Assembly (NCBI GenBank): GCA_032718475.1
Contig: JAUCBJ010000198.1
Span: 1 to 50,208, forward strand
DNA: 50,208 nucleotides
Origin: Nemertoderma westbladi
Lineage: Eukaryota > Animalia > Xenacoelomorpha
Direction: 5' to 3'
Part shown: piece by piece, positions 9,801 to 21,600 of the stretch
Position numbering within the stretch: position 1 is the stretch's first letter
Layout of the letters: the number at the start of each line of letters is the position of its first letter
Notes under the pieces: generated by a model
Database searches by the model: none
Told to the model about the DNA's origin: nothing
Seen by the model: the letters and a program-made list of their open reading frames with translations, nothing else
Translations under genes and position numbers: made by a program

Positions 9801-12460
9801 GAACTCAACAAAGATAACAGCCAGATGCCTGTCCTTCTTTTTTGATAATTCTTCAATTATCCTTATAAGTGCCAAAATGGGCTCCATGGTCCCACGACCT
9901 TTACGGAACCCATTCTGATTTCCACGGAGCAGTCTCTCAATGGGATCCCTGATGCGATTTAATATAATCCTATTGTATATCTTTGCAGCAATCGAGATCA
10001 ATGAGATTCCCCGAAAAGAACCATAGAGTGTTAGGTTGCCCTTCTTGGGAACTGGCACCAACTTATTTGTTTTCATTTCTTGTGGGACTCTTGTTGTTCG
10101 GTACATGATGGGATAGATGAGCTTTAAACACTCAGGTATTTTAAAGACCTCTGTTCGCGCTTTCAGACCTTTGGCAGTTTAACCCGCCAAATTAACCTCA
10201 GGGGGAACACCATCTACTCCACTGGCACGATTGGTCTTAATGCTCTTTGCAGCAGCCTTCACTTCTGCAAAGGAGATATCGCCAATGGGAATATCTGGGA
10301 GTACAGACTCAGACACTTTTACTTCTATAAAGTTATCAGGCAATACCCTGTCATTATTGAGGAGCTTTTCAAAGTGGGCTTTCCAACCATTGAGGCGATC
10401 GGCTGGTGATTCAGCCTTAACCTTGGTGGTTGGTTGGCTTTTCCGCCCAGTAAGCAAATTGATCGATTTCCATGCCTGGGATGATTGCCTGTTGTCGTCA
10501 GCATCATTGATAGCATCAACCTGTTGGTTTATTAGCTCCTGTATATTAACAGAGTACTGCCTGTTCAGGGACCTAGATGCAGCCTTAACTGCATTCTTGG
10601 CCGCTGTAGTCTGTTTGAGTCGGGACTCTTTCTGCGCCTTATGAAGGTCATTTCGGCACTTCTGAATTTTGTTGTCAGTCCAGGGGGCCCTTTTCCTGTT
10701 TCGAGGGTATACAGGAACTGTTTCTGCAGCTGCTAACTTAACTGCTTCTGTAAAGGCAGTATAGCCCTCACAGTGATCTGCCGCCTCAGAGGCAAGAGCC
10801 TCATACCTGTTGCTCAGCTGTAGTGTGAAGCTGGATCTCACACTTGGCTGTTGCAACAGAGAGGACCAGTCATGCCGCGGCAAGGCAGATTTCGTTGTTC
10901 TGCTAGCTCGCAGACTAAGTCTTACCTTGGACACAATAAGGCGGTGATCACTGGAGAAGGGTCGAAGTGTAAATGCATTACAGTCTTGTATAGAGCTCCT
11001 GTATTTCCTACGAAACAGAATATGGTCTATCTGAGACTTGTGACCACTGGGTCCACTATGAGTCCATAGCTTTCCAGTTCGCTTCTTGAACTGGGTTCCA
11101 GCCGAAAATAATCCATTTCCAGAGATAAAATCCTGAAGATGGACAGAATTTCGGTTAACACTATTGCTATAGACCCAGGGCGATGTAGGTAATTGATGCA
11201 GACTTGCATTAAAGTCTCCTAGGAATGTTAAGAATGTATGCTGATCCACTCCATCAGTAGCTGCTTGTAGATTGTGGTAGAAATTTTCCACCTCCTCTAC
11301 AGGGGCAACACTAGTTGGAGAGTAGCACACAATCAGAACCACTTTAGGAAACTTCTTAGCCAGTCTTCCAGAACATGAGAAGTGGCAACGGATGATGCGG
11401 TTAGAGATTTGGTCTATTTTGTCCAATGCTGCATGTACAGTTGGATTCATCAATAGACCAATTCCTCCATTGCCACTATCATCTGCTGACGCGAGGGCGA
11501 GTCGCCAAACGCCCCCATGTCCTTAATCAGAACCTCATCAGTCTGTCCAGTCTGCATTCGGTGCTCTTGAACACCCACTGCGCTAAGAGAAAGCTTATCT
11601 GCCAAGGCAGTCAGCTCACCTTGTCGCATTGGGGACCCGAGTGTTAGGGTGTTTACTGAGGCTAGTCTAGTGACTTGCCTCAGATTCACCAATGGCTTTG
11701 TTGGTCGGGGTGGAACATGAGAGTAGACTCCAACTCCAGAATCCCTCTCCCCATCACAATCTGGCCTCCCTGGTGACCCAGGGTTTGGGCCAGAAAGGTC
11801 ATCAGGAAAGGGACTCAAAGAATTGTTGGCTGCTCTCTCTCCAGTAGGGGGTGAGACAGGCAGCCGGTCAGGAGGTAACTGACGCCTGTGAGGCCGATTG
11901 TGTCCGGTAATTCCACTGGCCTCTAGTGGCCGGACCTCCGCATTGCTAATGTAATCCATAGTGGGGGTTGGGGGGTGCTTTTTTGCCGAGTCAGCTCTCG
12001 GGGCAAATACCACACCCTGGTTTGTCATTCCACAGGGTGGGTGTCGCAATATAGTCAGATATGAGGCCCATCACCCATATCTACTCTGGCGCACATGACC
12101 CACCATTGGCTGTTGCAGCTCATCTGCTGGGTCATGCCCTACACCCTTGCTGCCAGGTGCAGGTCGCAGTGAAGTGCTCTCAGAGTGGACATGAGAACAC
12201 TCTACTCCTGACCAGCCATTGGTAGATCACCATCTGCCTGGTCAGGCCATATACCCCTGCAGCCAAGTATATGGGTCCTTAATCCAGGACCAAGGGCGTC
12301 CTTATCCCAGAACGAAGGGGGTCCTAGTTACAGGACCAGATTTGCCCCAGTAAGAGGGAGGGTCTATGCAGCTACAGGTGGCACCTCCTTTATGCTGCAT
12401 GGAGGTGGCAAGTTATCTTGATCAATGACCTAGAATACCTGACCTGACCTGGACCTATAA
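9801..12460 (-). pseudogene. RTE-type LINE A, copy 1 (APE endonuclease plus RT start; 3'-truncated, disrupted)
   Basis: VQEHR, CYSPT, GDFNA, QIDHIL, SDHR endonuclease motifs; RGISLISIAAKIYN, QNGFR RT motifs; ends at VIFVEF. Frameshift near 11512, 43-bp insertion at 10152, 9-bp deletion near 10107. 5' boundary approximate. Confidence 0.9.
10152..10194 (-). mobile_element. 43-bp insertion equal to the terminal 43 nt of the element-2 LTR, with 5-bp TSD
   Basis: Reverse complement matches 24996-25038 at 42/43. Flanked by ACCTC (10147-10151, 10195-10199). Empty site aaagacctcagggg at 36121. Confidence 0.92.
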
Positions 12461-12731
12461 TACCTGCCTGTGAACAATCCTCAGTGTACCTTTGGGTTGG
12501 GGTGCAGATTAAGGGGGGGGGAGGGGATTGAAAGCGAGTGACTTTCCCCTCTTATGATTTATTTGCGGTTTGGTTAATTTCTTAAATACAGATTTTGTGT
12601 TAGAATTGCTCAATTTTAATTTGTATCTCATAACTGAGCCTCGTGCTGCGCGAAGGCCCCACGAACGTGTCTTTACTGTTCAAGTGTTTTCATTTTCCTA
12701 GTCAGTTTTCAGGTTGAGTCATTCTATAAAC

Positions 12732-12885
12732 ATAAATATTAATTACCAAAAGAAACAGAGTTAGGGTAAGTGTTGGGGTCTAAGTTAGACCCAAACACTA
12801 GAAACAGAGTTAGGGTAAGTGTTGGGGTCTGAGTTAGACCCAACCACTTACCCTAACTCTGTTTGTTTTGGTAATTAATATTTAT
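12732..12885. repeat. Long palindrome (foldback) with internal ~50-bp duplication upstream of the gene
   Basis: ataaatattaattaccaaaagaaacagagttagggtaagtg...cacttaccctaactctgtttgttttggtaattaatatttat. Confidence 0.9.
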
Positions 12886-12975
12886 ACAATGGTACCGCTG
12901 GTAATCGCTTACCGAATTATCTCTAATTTATTATATAAACAAACTACAGTAGAGCCATCTGTATCAACATTCAAC

Positions 12976-14424
12976 ATGAAAAAATACTTTAAATTATTTT
13001 TGATACTATATTTGATATTTATCTTATATGCCGTGGCCAATTTCGGCCTTGGGTCAGTCAGAGATCGCTATTCAATATCTCCAGATTCAAGCGAAAACAG
13101 GGGCAGGAGCGATATATACAACTTTGTTAAAAGGTACCCGACCATTCTCATGTGTCCATCCTCGGTCTTTTCCGAGCTGAGGAAAAACTACAAAGACGAA
13201 ACAAATCTCGAGTCTATTGACTACTCTCAACCGGCATCCAATAACACTCATTCAGCTCGTATGACCCGTGCCATTCTGTTCTACTTACCACTGGAACTAG
13301 CCGACACTTATATATATCATTTCAAATGGGTTTATCGCAGCTGGATCGAAATGCAGAAAACAGAACCAGCACTCTGGCGTACTGACTTGATAATCTTTAT
13401 CAGTATGGCACACCCAGACGCGTTTCAGCGCAATGGCAGTGCTGAGTTCCTCACGAAAATGAACTGTTCATTCAAGAACTTACGTCTCTCGAAGGAGGAG
13501 AAGCCCATGTGTACGCTAATCGCGCATGAAAACCTATCATCACGTAAACTGTTGAGGCCAGGAAGGGAATTCCAGAGCAATAATCGTACCGAGAAGTACA
13601 AGTTTCTGCTCGATGGCCGTGTTGACATACTGTTGGATGATCCCGACAATTTGGCACCATTCTATAACTTCGTCAAAAAACATATTCAATCTTACAGGTT
13701 CTTGCACTCAGTATTGGTGGCATTTGAAGGCTATGCGTACTTGAAGAGAGCCGGATATGACTTCGTCATACGCAGTGACATGGACATCTTTTTGACGCCA
13801 TTGTGTGGCCGGTGGTTGCCTGCTAAATGTGACGACTTCTATGTGGGACATGGTGGATATTCCGATAAGTTTAATGTTCGTCGGTTGGATAGAATTGCAC
13901 ACAATATTGGGTGGGAGACATCATCCCTGGAGAATATTGGCTCGACTTGGTACTCTACAGTAGACCAATTTCGGTTGGTTTCATACTTGACCTTGTTTAG
14001 CATGGCCTATTTATCGGCCGAAGAGTTCACTGAGCCCGAGAAGTTAGAGAAACTTGGCACACAATTATGGCCCTACTGGCACTATGGGGTTTTATCAATG
14101 TACGGTCAAAGTTTGGCCATTAATCACTTGATCGCCACGAAGCAACTCAACATTGTTCACTTAAAAGATCAACTCGATGTTCCATCATCAACCAATATCT
14201 CTATACATAAAATCATTCATGTGCACTCATATCACAACGCTGAAATATTTTCTAAGTTCGCTTTCAGTTTAGGCGAGTATGATGAAATTGATTTGGACTC
14301 GAAGACACTCAAGAAAGAGGAAGATGTACCCATTTATGCATTGAAAATGGCAATGGAAGGAAAACGAATGAAATACAAAGAGTTAACCAATTTGTTGGAT
14401 CAAGTGATCTCGAATAAGCTCTAG
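12976..14424 (+). CDS. Intronless ~482-aa type II membrane protein, DxD-containing, glycosyltransferase-like (recalls DUF7164-type proteins)
   Basis: ATG in caacATG context. N-terminal signal anchor MKKYFKLFLILYLIFILYAVANFGL; YDFVIRSDMDIFL hydrophobic strand plus DxD; NIGSTWY and WPYWHYGVLSMY motifs. Intact in both copies. Family name is from memory and unverified. Confidence 0.85.
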   Translation: MKKYFKLFLILYLIFILYAVANFGLGSVRDRYSISPDSSENRGRSDIYNFVKRYPTILMCPSSVFSELRKNYKDETNLESIDYSQPASNNTHSARMTRAILFYLPLELADTYIYHFKWVYRSWIEMQKTEPALWRTDLIIFISMAHPDAFQRNGSAEFLTKMNCSFKNLRLSKEEKPMCTLIAHENLSSRKLLRPGREFQSNNRTEKYKFLLDGRVDILLDDPDNLAPFYNFVKKHIQSYRFLHSVLVAFEGYAYLKRAGYDFVIRSDMDIFLTPLCGRWLPAKCDDFYVGHGGYSDKFNVRRLDRIAHNIGWETSSLENIGSTWYSTVDQFRLVSYLTLFSMAYLSAEEFTEPEKLEKLGTQLWPYWHYGVLSMYGQSLAINHLIATKQLNIVHLKDQLDVPSSTNISIHKIIHVHSYHNAEIFSKFAFSLGEYDEIDLDSKTLKKEEDVPIYALKMAMEGKRMKYKELTNLLDQVISNKL

Positions 14425-14528
14425 CAGTAGATTTTAGTACATTTTATTTTATTCTTTGTAAAATATGCCTAAAGCATTACTGACTGAATGTATTTCAAAA
14501 TTATGTATATATTGACACAAAATATAGT

Positions 14529-14659
14529 ATACATACATACATACATACATACATACATACATACATACATACATACATACATACATACATACATACATAC
14601 ATACATACATACATACATACATACATACATACATACATACATACATACATACACATACA
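14529..14659. repeat. (TACA)n microsatellite
   Basis: Near-perfect tetranucleotide run. Confidence 0.98.
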
Positions 14660-15287
14660 TTGATTGACATCGTTTAACTAAATTATTAGTAATAAATACA
14701 GGATCAACATCGTAAGTCGATATTGTAATCGAATGATGCTTCACTACACCTCTAACAATATCGCCTAGAGGCCTCTTATCTCATTCATACTTTTATTAAT
14801 AATTTAATAATAAATAATTGTGAAGACCTTCCTAATATTATACAACTGAAACTTAATTGTCTTAAGATGTAATCTTCTTTTAATTTACGGTGCGTTAATA
14901 TTAATCAAATTTATATAAATTCCTATTCAAATATTCTCATATTTTTCACCAATGCGTCGCAGAATAGTCTATTTAATGTGTCTTTATCAATTAATTATTT
15001 ATTACCTTGTCGTTATTCTACGTTATTCGCGCACAATTTTAAATTTTCTGCATTAATTTCATTCTGGTGCATTCGTGTTTGGTAATTATAGGCCTACACT
15101 AAAAACAATACAAGAATACATATGTACAGTGAATAACCAACACTTCACTAATTATTGTGAATTGGAGTTATTTACATTTATTAATTATGTCGATAATTGT
15201 TCTTTATGTGTTAGCGCATTTGATCGTAAATGGTTGTATCCATAAATTCAATGTTATAAGATTATTATTCCCAATCATAAGTCCAGA

Positions 15288-15522
15288 TAGGTGGGGTCAG
15301 AGTAAAACGCGGATCCGGATCCGGATTCTACATTTAACATTGTCGCTACTGAAGTCGATTTTTTTTACATTTTTATAACTTCAAAAAATAAAACTATAAC
15401 CTGTTCTATTGACTTTAGTTTATTGTTTTGGTTAAAATAACGTGCCACTGTAACCTGTTCCTTTCCCTTAATTGATAATTTTGGAATCCGGATCCGGATC
15501 CGCGTTTTACACCTACCCACAT
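15288..15522. mobile_element. MITE with gtaaaacgcggatccggatccggattc inverted repeats
   Basis: Perfect inverted repeat 15302-15328 / 15484-15510; paralog ~41688-41921. Confidence 0.75.
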
Positions 15523-15523
15523 A

Positions 15524-15760
15524 GGTGGGGAAACTGGACGCAATAAAAATCCACCCCTCTCCAAGGGAAATTCCACGCAAATAACCACTGATTACTCTCA
15601 AAAATAAAACTGTAACCTGTTCTATTGTGTTTAGTTTATTGTTTCGCCACGTTTGTCACGTGGCCACTGTAAACTGCTCCTTTCCCTAAATTGAGAATTT
15701 AACATTGAGGCGGGATATTAATTCGCCAAGGCGGGTTTTGCGTCCAGTTTCCCCCCCCCC
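15524..15760. mobile_element. MITE with ggggaaactggacgcaa inverted repeats
   Basis: Inverted ends ggggaaactggacgcaa / ttgcgtccagtttcccc; paralogs ~41923-42156 and ~44650-44895. Confidence 0.7.
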
Positions 15761-16235
15761 CTGTCTCGCTTGTGATACGATATGGGAACCACTATCTTGC
15801 TTGTTTTTAAGACCACTTGAAGCATAGATTTTAATAAATTAATAAACATCTCGTCATGAAAATCGACTAAATTCGCTTTTACAGAACTTTATCTTTAACA
15901 TTAACGTTACCAAGATAATAAATAACATCTTGAAAAAATCTGTACATCTGTGACGCTCCATAGAAGGTAAGAAGATTAGAAACCCTAAAGAGGAACTTCC
16001 TTGGATAAGAATAAATGCTTTATGAAATATTTTATTAAAATTATTGATATGCCGGCTGTGAAATTTTTTTCCCATTATAAACAATTCTTGTCAACTCATC
16101 AATTCATTCAATTCGTGTTCTATTCCGAATTCGAATAAATTTTTCGTGCAGTTTTTTTTTAATCTCTAAATAATTATAATAATATAAATAATCTAATCTG
16201 AGTGATTATTAAATAGGAAGATCAACTTGGCCGCC

Positions 16236-16355
16236 CAGTAGTGGCGGTTCTAGGGGGGGGGGGGGGGGGGGATAGAATACTGGTGGTTCCAAGTTTACCC
16301 CCCCCCCCCCCCCAAAAAAAAAAAAAATACTAGCAAAATCCTAGAACCGCCCCTG
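16236..16355. mobile_element. Small hAT-like MITE with G/C homopolymers
   Basis: Ends cagt..ggcggttctag / ctagaaccgcccctg; 8-bp TSD tggccgcc/tggcctcc (7/8); paralog ~42632-42742. Confidence 0.7.
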
Positions 16356-17093
16356 TGGCCTCCAATCGGCAGAACTTAATCCTAAGTTTATGTTCTATCT
16401 ATTCTTGATAAAAGCAAAGCAAGTAATTTTTGTAAAAAGTTGGTTCTAAAAGGCTGTTTGGGCTAAATCTGTCTGGTATAATAAATTAATTATGACTAGG
16501 CTCATTGTGCATTTCATTGTAATGTTGTGATAGACATAAGAGCATATTGCTTAAGAGAACTATAGAGAAACCCACCACACAGCACAAATATCAGTTAAAA
16601 ATTATAAAAATTATAAAAGAGAGTTAAGTACAGAAGAGGCGATGTAGATTAATTAGCATATGCTGCATATGACGTTCCTATCCCGTCTGGCCTTATGGCA
16701 GCCCAGCACCATCTTCCAGTCCAAGCCCATTTGATGCGTGACCCACGAACGCAATGGGATGCGCCTCGGATAAGGGCAAACTGGACTCGTGTCCTACTCT
16801 TACTGTCTTACTCGGGTAAATTGGTTAGCGTAAATTTGCGGGATTTCCGGCCTCGGGACCGGGATTATCACTCTCGGGATCCCGTCTGCGTAAAACTTAA
16901 CTATAAATAAACTACAGTAAACACTATATTACGTAACTAACGGTCCACAGTCAAATTATTCATAAACCACAATAATTACATACAAAATAATAAACTATCT
17001 TAATTCAATTTAATACGATGCAGAGAGGTTCTAACCACGAAGACTATAACAGTCTACGAAACCAAGACTTCTCCATTTGGCTCAATATACAGT

Positions 17094-18277
17094 ATATGCA
17101 TTGCCTGTTTTGTCAAGTATATAAATATAACTTGCCTGTTTTGGCAAGTTTGTAAATATACCTTGCCTGTTTTGGCAAGTTTGTAAATATACCTTGCCTG
17201 TTTTGGCAAGTATATAAATATAACTTGCCTGTTTTGGCAAGTTTGTAAGTATACCTTGCCTGTTGCCTGTTTTGGCAAGTTTGTAAATATACCTTGCCTG
17301 TTTTGGCAAGTATATAAATATACCTTGCCTGTTTTGGCAAGTTTGTAAATATAACTTGCCTGTTTTGGCAAGTATATAAATATACCTTGCCTGTTTTGGC
17401 AAGTTTGTAAATATACCTTGCCTGTTTTGGCAAGTATGTAAATATTCCTTGGCTGTTTTGGCAAGTATATAAATATACCTTGCCTGTTTTGGCAAGTATA
17501 TAAATATACCTTGCCTGTTTTGGCAAGTATATAAATATACCTTGCCTGTTTTGGCAAGTTTGTAAATATACCTTGGCTGTTTTGGCAAGTTTGTAAATAT
17601 ACCTTGCCTGTTTTGGCAAGTATATAAATATACCTTGAGTGTTTTGGCAAGTATATAAATATACCTTGCCTGTTTTGGCAAGTTTGTAAATATACCTTGC
17701 CTGTTTTGGCAAGTATATAAATATACCTTGCCTGTTTTGGCAAGTTTGTAAATATACCTTGCCTGTTGCCTGTTTTGGCAAGTTTGTAAATATACCTTGC
17801 CTGTTTTGGCAAGTATATAAATATACCTTGCCTGTTTTGGCAAGTATATAAATATACCTTGCCTGTTTTGGCAAGTTTGTAAATATACCTTGCCTATTTT
17901 GGCAAGTATGTAAATATTCATTGGCTGTTTTGGCAAGTATATAAATATACCTTGCCTGTTTTGGCAAGTATGTAAATATTCCTTGCCTGTTTTGGCTAGT
18001 ATATAAATATACCTTGCCTGTTTTGGCAAGTTTGAAAATATACCTTGCCTGTTTTGGCAAGTATGTAAATATTCCTTGCCTGTTTTGGCTAGTATATAAA
18101 TATACCTTGCCTGTTTTGGCAAGTTTGTAAATATTCCTTGCCTGTTTTGGCTAGTATATAAATATACCTTGCCTGTTTTGGCAAGTTTGTAAATATACCT
18201 TGTATGTTTTGGCAAGTATATAAATACACCTTGCCTGTTTTGGCAAGTATATAAATATGCATTGCCTGTTCTGGTAA
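17094..18277. repeat. 31-bp minisatellite array 2
   Basis: About 38 units, uninterrupted. Confidence 0.95.
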
Positions 18278-18629
18278 GTATTTGAATTTGATAGAGTATA
18301 TTATAAATATGATGGAAACTTCCTGTAAGTTTCACGTGTAAGACAAATGTTGAATAAATTATAAAACAAAATATTATTTTATGGCTTTTCCCCTGGAGCA
18401 AAAAGAAGTAACGCAGGAGGAGTAAACGAAATGTAATATGTCCTCTACTTAAAGTAATTTAATTGCCGTACTACTGTAATGAGAATTTCAAGGATTTTTT
18501 GAGTCAAATTTTAATAATATGTGGCTGGCCACGAGAAAAGGGACCTTATGTCGCAAAACCTGATTCTGAGATAATCGCGTTTAAAGTCTCCCTCTATTTT
18601 TGAACAAATTTAATTGGATTGTCAATTTA

Positions 18630-21600
18630 CTACTACTACTACTACTACTAGGTCGAGCGAACTCGGACAGTGGAAATGAGATCCTTCCAGGCTTCCCGAT
18701 TCTCCATAGTTGTCGCAATTTCGTTTCTCCCAAGTTCAGTATCCCTTTCAAGTTGATCTATATATGTTATGGCCGGTCGTCCACGACTACGCTTTCCATG
18801 AGTTGGTTGCCAGAGAAGTAGATCTGGTATGACCTCGTCTTTACTTCGCCAGCAGTGCCCACTGAATCTTAATCTGCGTTCACGGAGGGTGGTTGATACA
18901 GGTGGTATTGTACCATAAAGCTCGGCGTTTGTCATGTGTTGTCTCCAGCTGATGTTTAGGGCTGCCCTTAGTAGTCTTGTGTAGCAACCATCTATTCGTT
19001 GTTCAAGTGATTTAGTCAGTGTCCAGGTCTCACCCCCGTATAAAAATAACTTTCCACTGTGGCTCGAAAGAACTTAGTCTTCAGGTGCCTGGAGAGATCT
19101 GATTTCCAGATGGTATCCATTTTTGATAGAGCTACCCAAGCCTTTGCTTTCCTAACTTCTATGTCCTTTTTGCTACTCTCTATCCATGATCCAAGGTACT
19201 GGAAGTCATCAACCTTCCTTAGTTGATCATTACCAATGGTTGTCAAGTTCCCATCAACATTAAAGGTCATGAATTCGGTCTTTGTAGAATTTATATGCAA
19301 TCCAACCTCCTTAGCAGCCCTCTCCACTTTATTTAGTAGAAGCTGTGCATCTGCTAGCGTATTAGAGAGCAGGGCGATGTCATCCGCAAAGTCGGTGTCT
19401 GTGACTGTAGTTGCCGGATATCTACTACTTCTGCGTTCTTGAAGTGTGAATCCCAGATCTTCACCCTTTGTGGCCGTCCTCATTGCGTAATCCAGCACAA
19501 TTACAAATAGTAATGGTGCTAATGTGTCACCTTGCAGTACGCCAGCCAGGATTGAGAAAAACTCAGTTTCACCATCTGGTGAGAGTACCTGCGCTTCTGT
19601 GTCACAATATAACATTCCAATGCCAGCAACAATTACTTCTGGTATTCCATAAGCTCTTAGGATTTCAAGAATTTTACCTCTATGGATGGAGTCGAATGTC
19701 TTCTTGAAGTCCACAAAAGTCATGACTGCGGGGAGATTCTTTGACTTAATTCCTTCAATCAGTCTTCGTAGTGCAAGTATCTGAGCTATTGTTGATCTAC
19801 TTGGTCGAAATCCGTTTTGGCTCTTACGCAGTAGTTTCTCTATGTGAGGCCTAATCCTATATAGAATCATTTTATTGTATATTTTGGCAGCTACCACAAG
19901 CAGACAGATCCCACAATAGTTTGTTGGTGATACCAAGACCATCTTCTATCAACTCCGTCATATCTGCTATATATGAGTTTATCCATATTATAATGAGTTT
20001 ATATTTAGGCGAGTGGGCGTCGCTGCCTACCCCAATCAACCCCCGGACAGTACGAGATCCTCAGCGCCGATGTGTCGTCGCCGCTGTACTTTCGCCAACG
20101 ACGTAGCCGCACAACGACAACGACAACCGGCACAAGTCACTCGACTGTCCGTCCCAAAGGCTTAGATGTACTTCAGGTTTTCCTTGGAGTTAGGTTACTT
20201 TTACGATTGCGACTAGCTACTGTAAACACACCTTAGCAGTAACATTCACCTATAAACTCACAAATACCACACACACAACTTGTCACAAATTACACACATT
20301 CGGGCCATTTGTCCGTTAGTCAATGCCTTCCGGAATGTCACTGTATTATTATGTATCCTTGGATACTAGTAGTGCGCTATTTATTCCCTATGCTATTCAA
20401 TGGGACAAGCGTTGTCAGAGTTTTGCCATGGCACATACTGTTTTCGTTTGGGTTTCTGGGAGATATGCCTCTTAGCTGATTCCTTGTGGGCTGTTATTAT
20501 ATTCTGGTATATTGAATCGGTGGATTGGTCTTCATCCATTGACTGAAGTGCTTCAAAGCGGTTTTGAACTTCTACTGTATAAGCATCCTTTACAGCATTG
20601 TCAGTTCTGAGTTTCTCCCAGTCATAGTTGACTTGCTTGCTTGTCCTGGGTTTGCTGGCTCTCAAACTGAGTCTTATCTCTGCAGTCACAATTCTGTGGT
20701 CCGAACCAATTAGGTTGAACGAGCTGTAGGCCTCGCAGTTGATCATGCTGTTTCTCCACTTTTTGTTTATAAGGATGTAATCCAGTTGTGCTTTGGTTCC
20801 ATTAGGGTATTGAAAGGTCCATAGCTTCCCCTTACTCTTTTCGAATGTGTTGTTTGTTGGTATCAATTCACATTCTTCCATTAGGTCTAAAAGTAAGTAC
20901 CCATTTCTGGTGTTATAGGTGTAACCCTTGATGTCTTCTGGGCCAATTTGCGCATTCAGGTCACCAGCAATGACTTTAACATTGTGTCTCGGTATGTCCT
21001 TTATAAGTCCAGTCAGTTCTTCATAAAACTTGACTGCTTGTTCTGGCTCTGATGCATTGGTTGGACTGTAGCAACATATAACTGTTGCCTTGGGATTCCC
21101 ATCAAATGTTGCGATCATAACCCTGGAATTTATAGATTCGATGTTGTTTAGGGTCTTAAGTGCAAATGCGCTTAGCAGAATTCCTACTCCACCAATTGAT
21201 GCAATGGCCGAGTTTCTTACTGCTGAGCTTGTTACTAACGTCCATCCATTTCCAATGTCATTGTACTTCATGGCAGTGTCTTCATGACAAATCCGATGTT
21301 CTTGGATGCAGATGATGTCGATGTTATAATCCATTGCCAGAGCGACCATGTCACCCTGTTTGGTATGTGCTTTCAGCGTGCGTGCGTTCATTGTAGCAAT
21401 CTTTAGTGTCTTTTTACATTTCAACAGGTTGGTTCTTCTTTCTTCGCTGTCTTCTGTTCCAGTAGCCAATTTATCGACCCCGGCCTGGTGTACCACTGAG
21501 GGACGCGGTCCTTGTTGACCCGGGCGACGACCGAGCCGGTATTTCTCCTGGAGGGTTCTCATACTCATATCTTTCAGTTGCGGGAGTAAACCGCTTGTGG

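Larger units (their letters stand above)
1..16355. repeat. Tandem segmental duplication unit, copy 1 (contains LTR element 1)
   Basis: Sequence at position 1 (tggcctccaatcggcagaac...) recurs at 16356 and 42743. Order shared with copy 2: minisatellite, TIR-element right end, RTE-A, palindrome, gene, MITEs. Confidence 0.95.

Noticed and set aside
12868-12975. 36-aa N-terminal extension of the 518-aa ORF call
   Set aside because: Starts at TTG inside the palindrome. The ATG at 12976 directly precedes the signal anchor, and the extension has two amino-acid differences between copies versus one in the remaining 482 aa. An ATG at 12889 cannot be strictly excluded.
14449-14744. MYVC-repeat ORFs
   Set aside because: Translation of the (TACA)n microsatellite.
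17094-18277. CRISPR-like palindromic ~30-bp repeats
   Set aside because: Units are head-to-tail with no unique spacers, there are no cas genes, and the context is eukaryotic.
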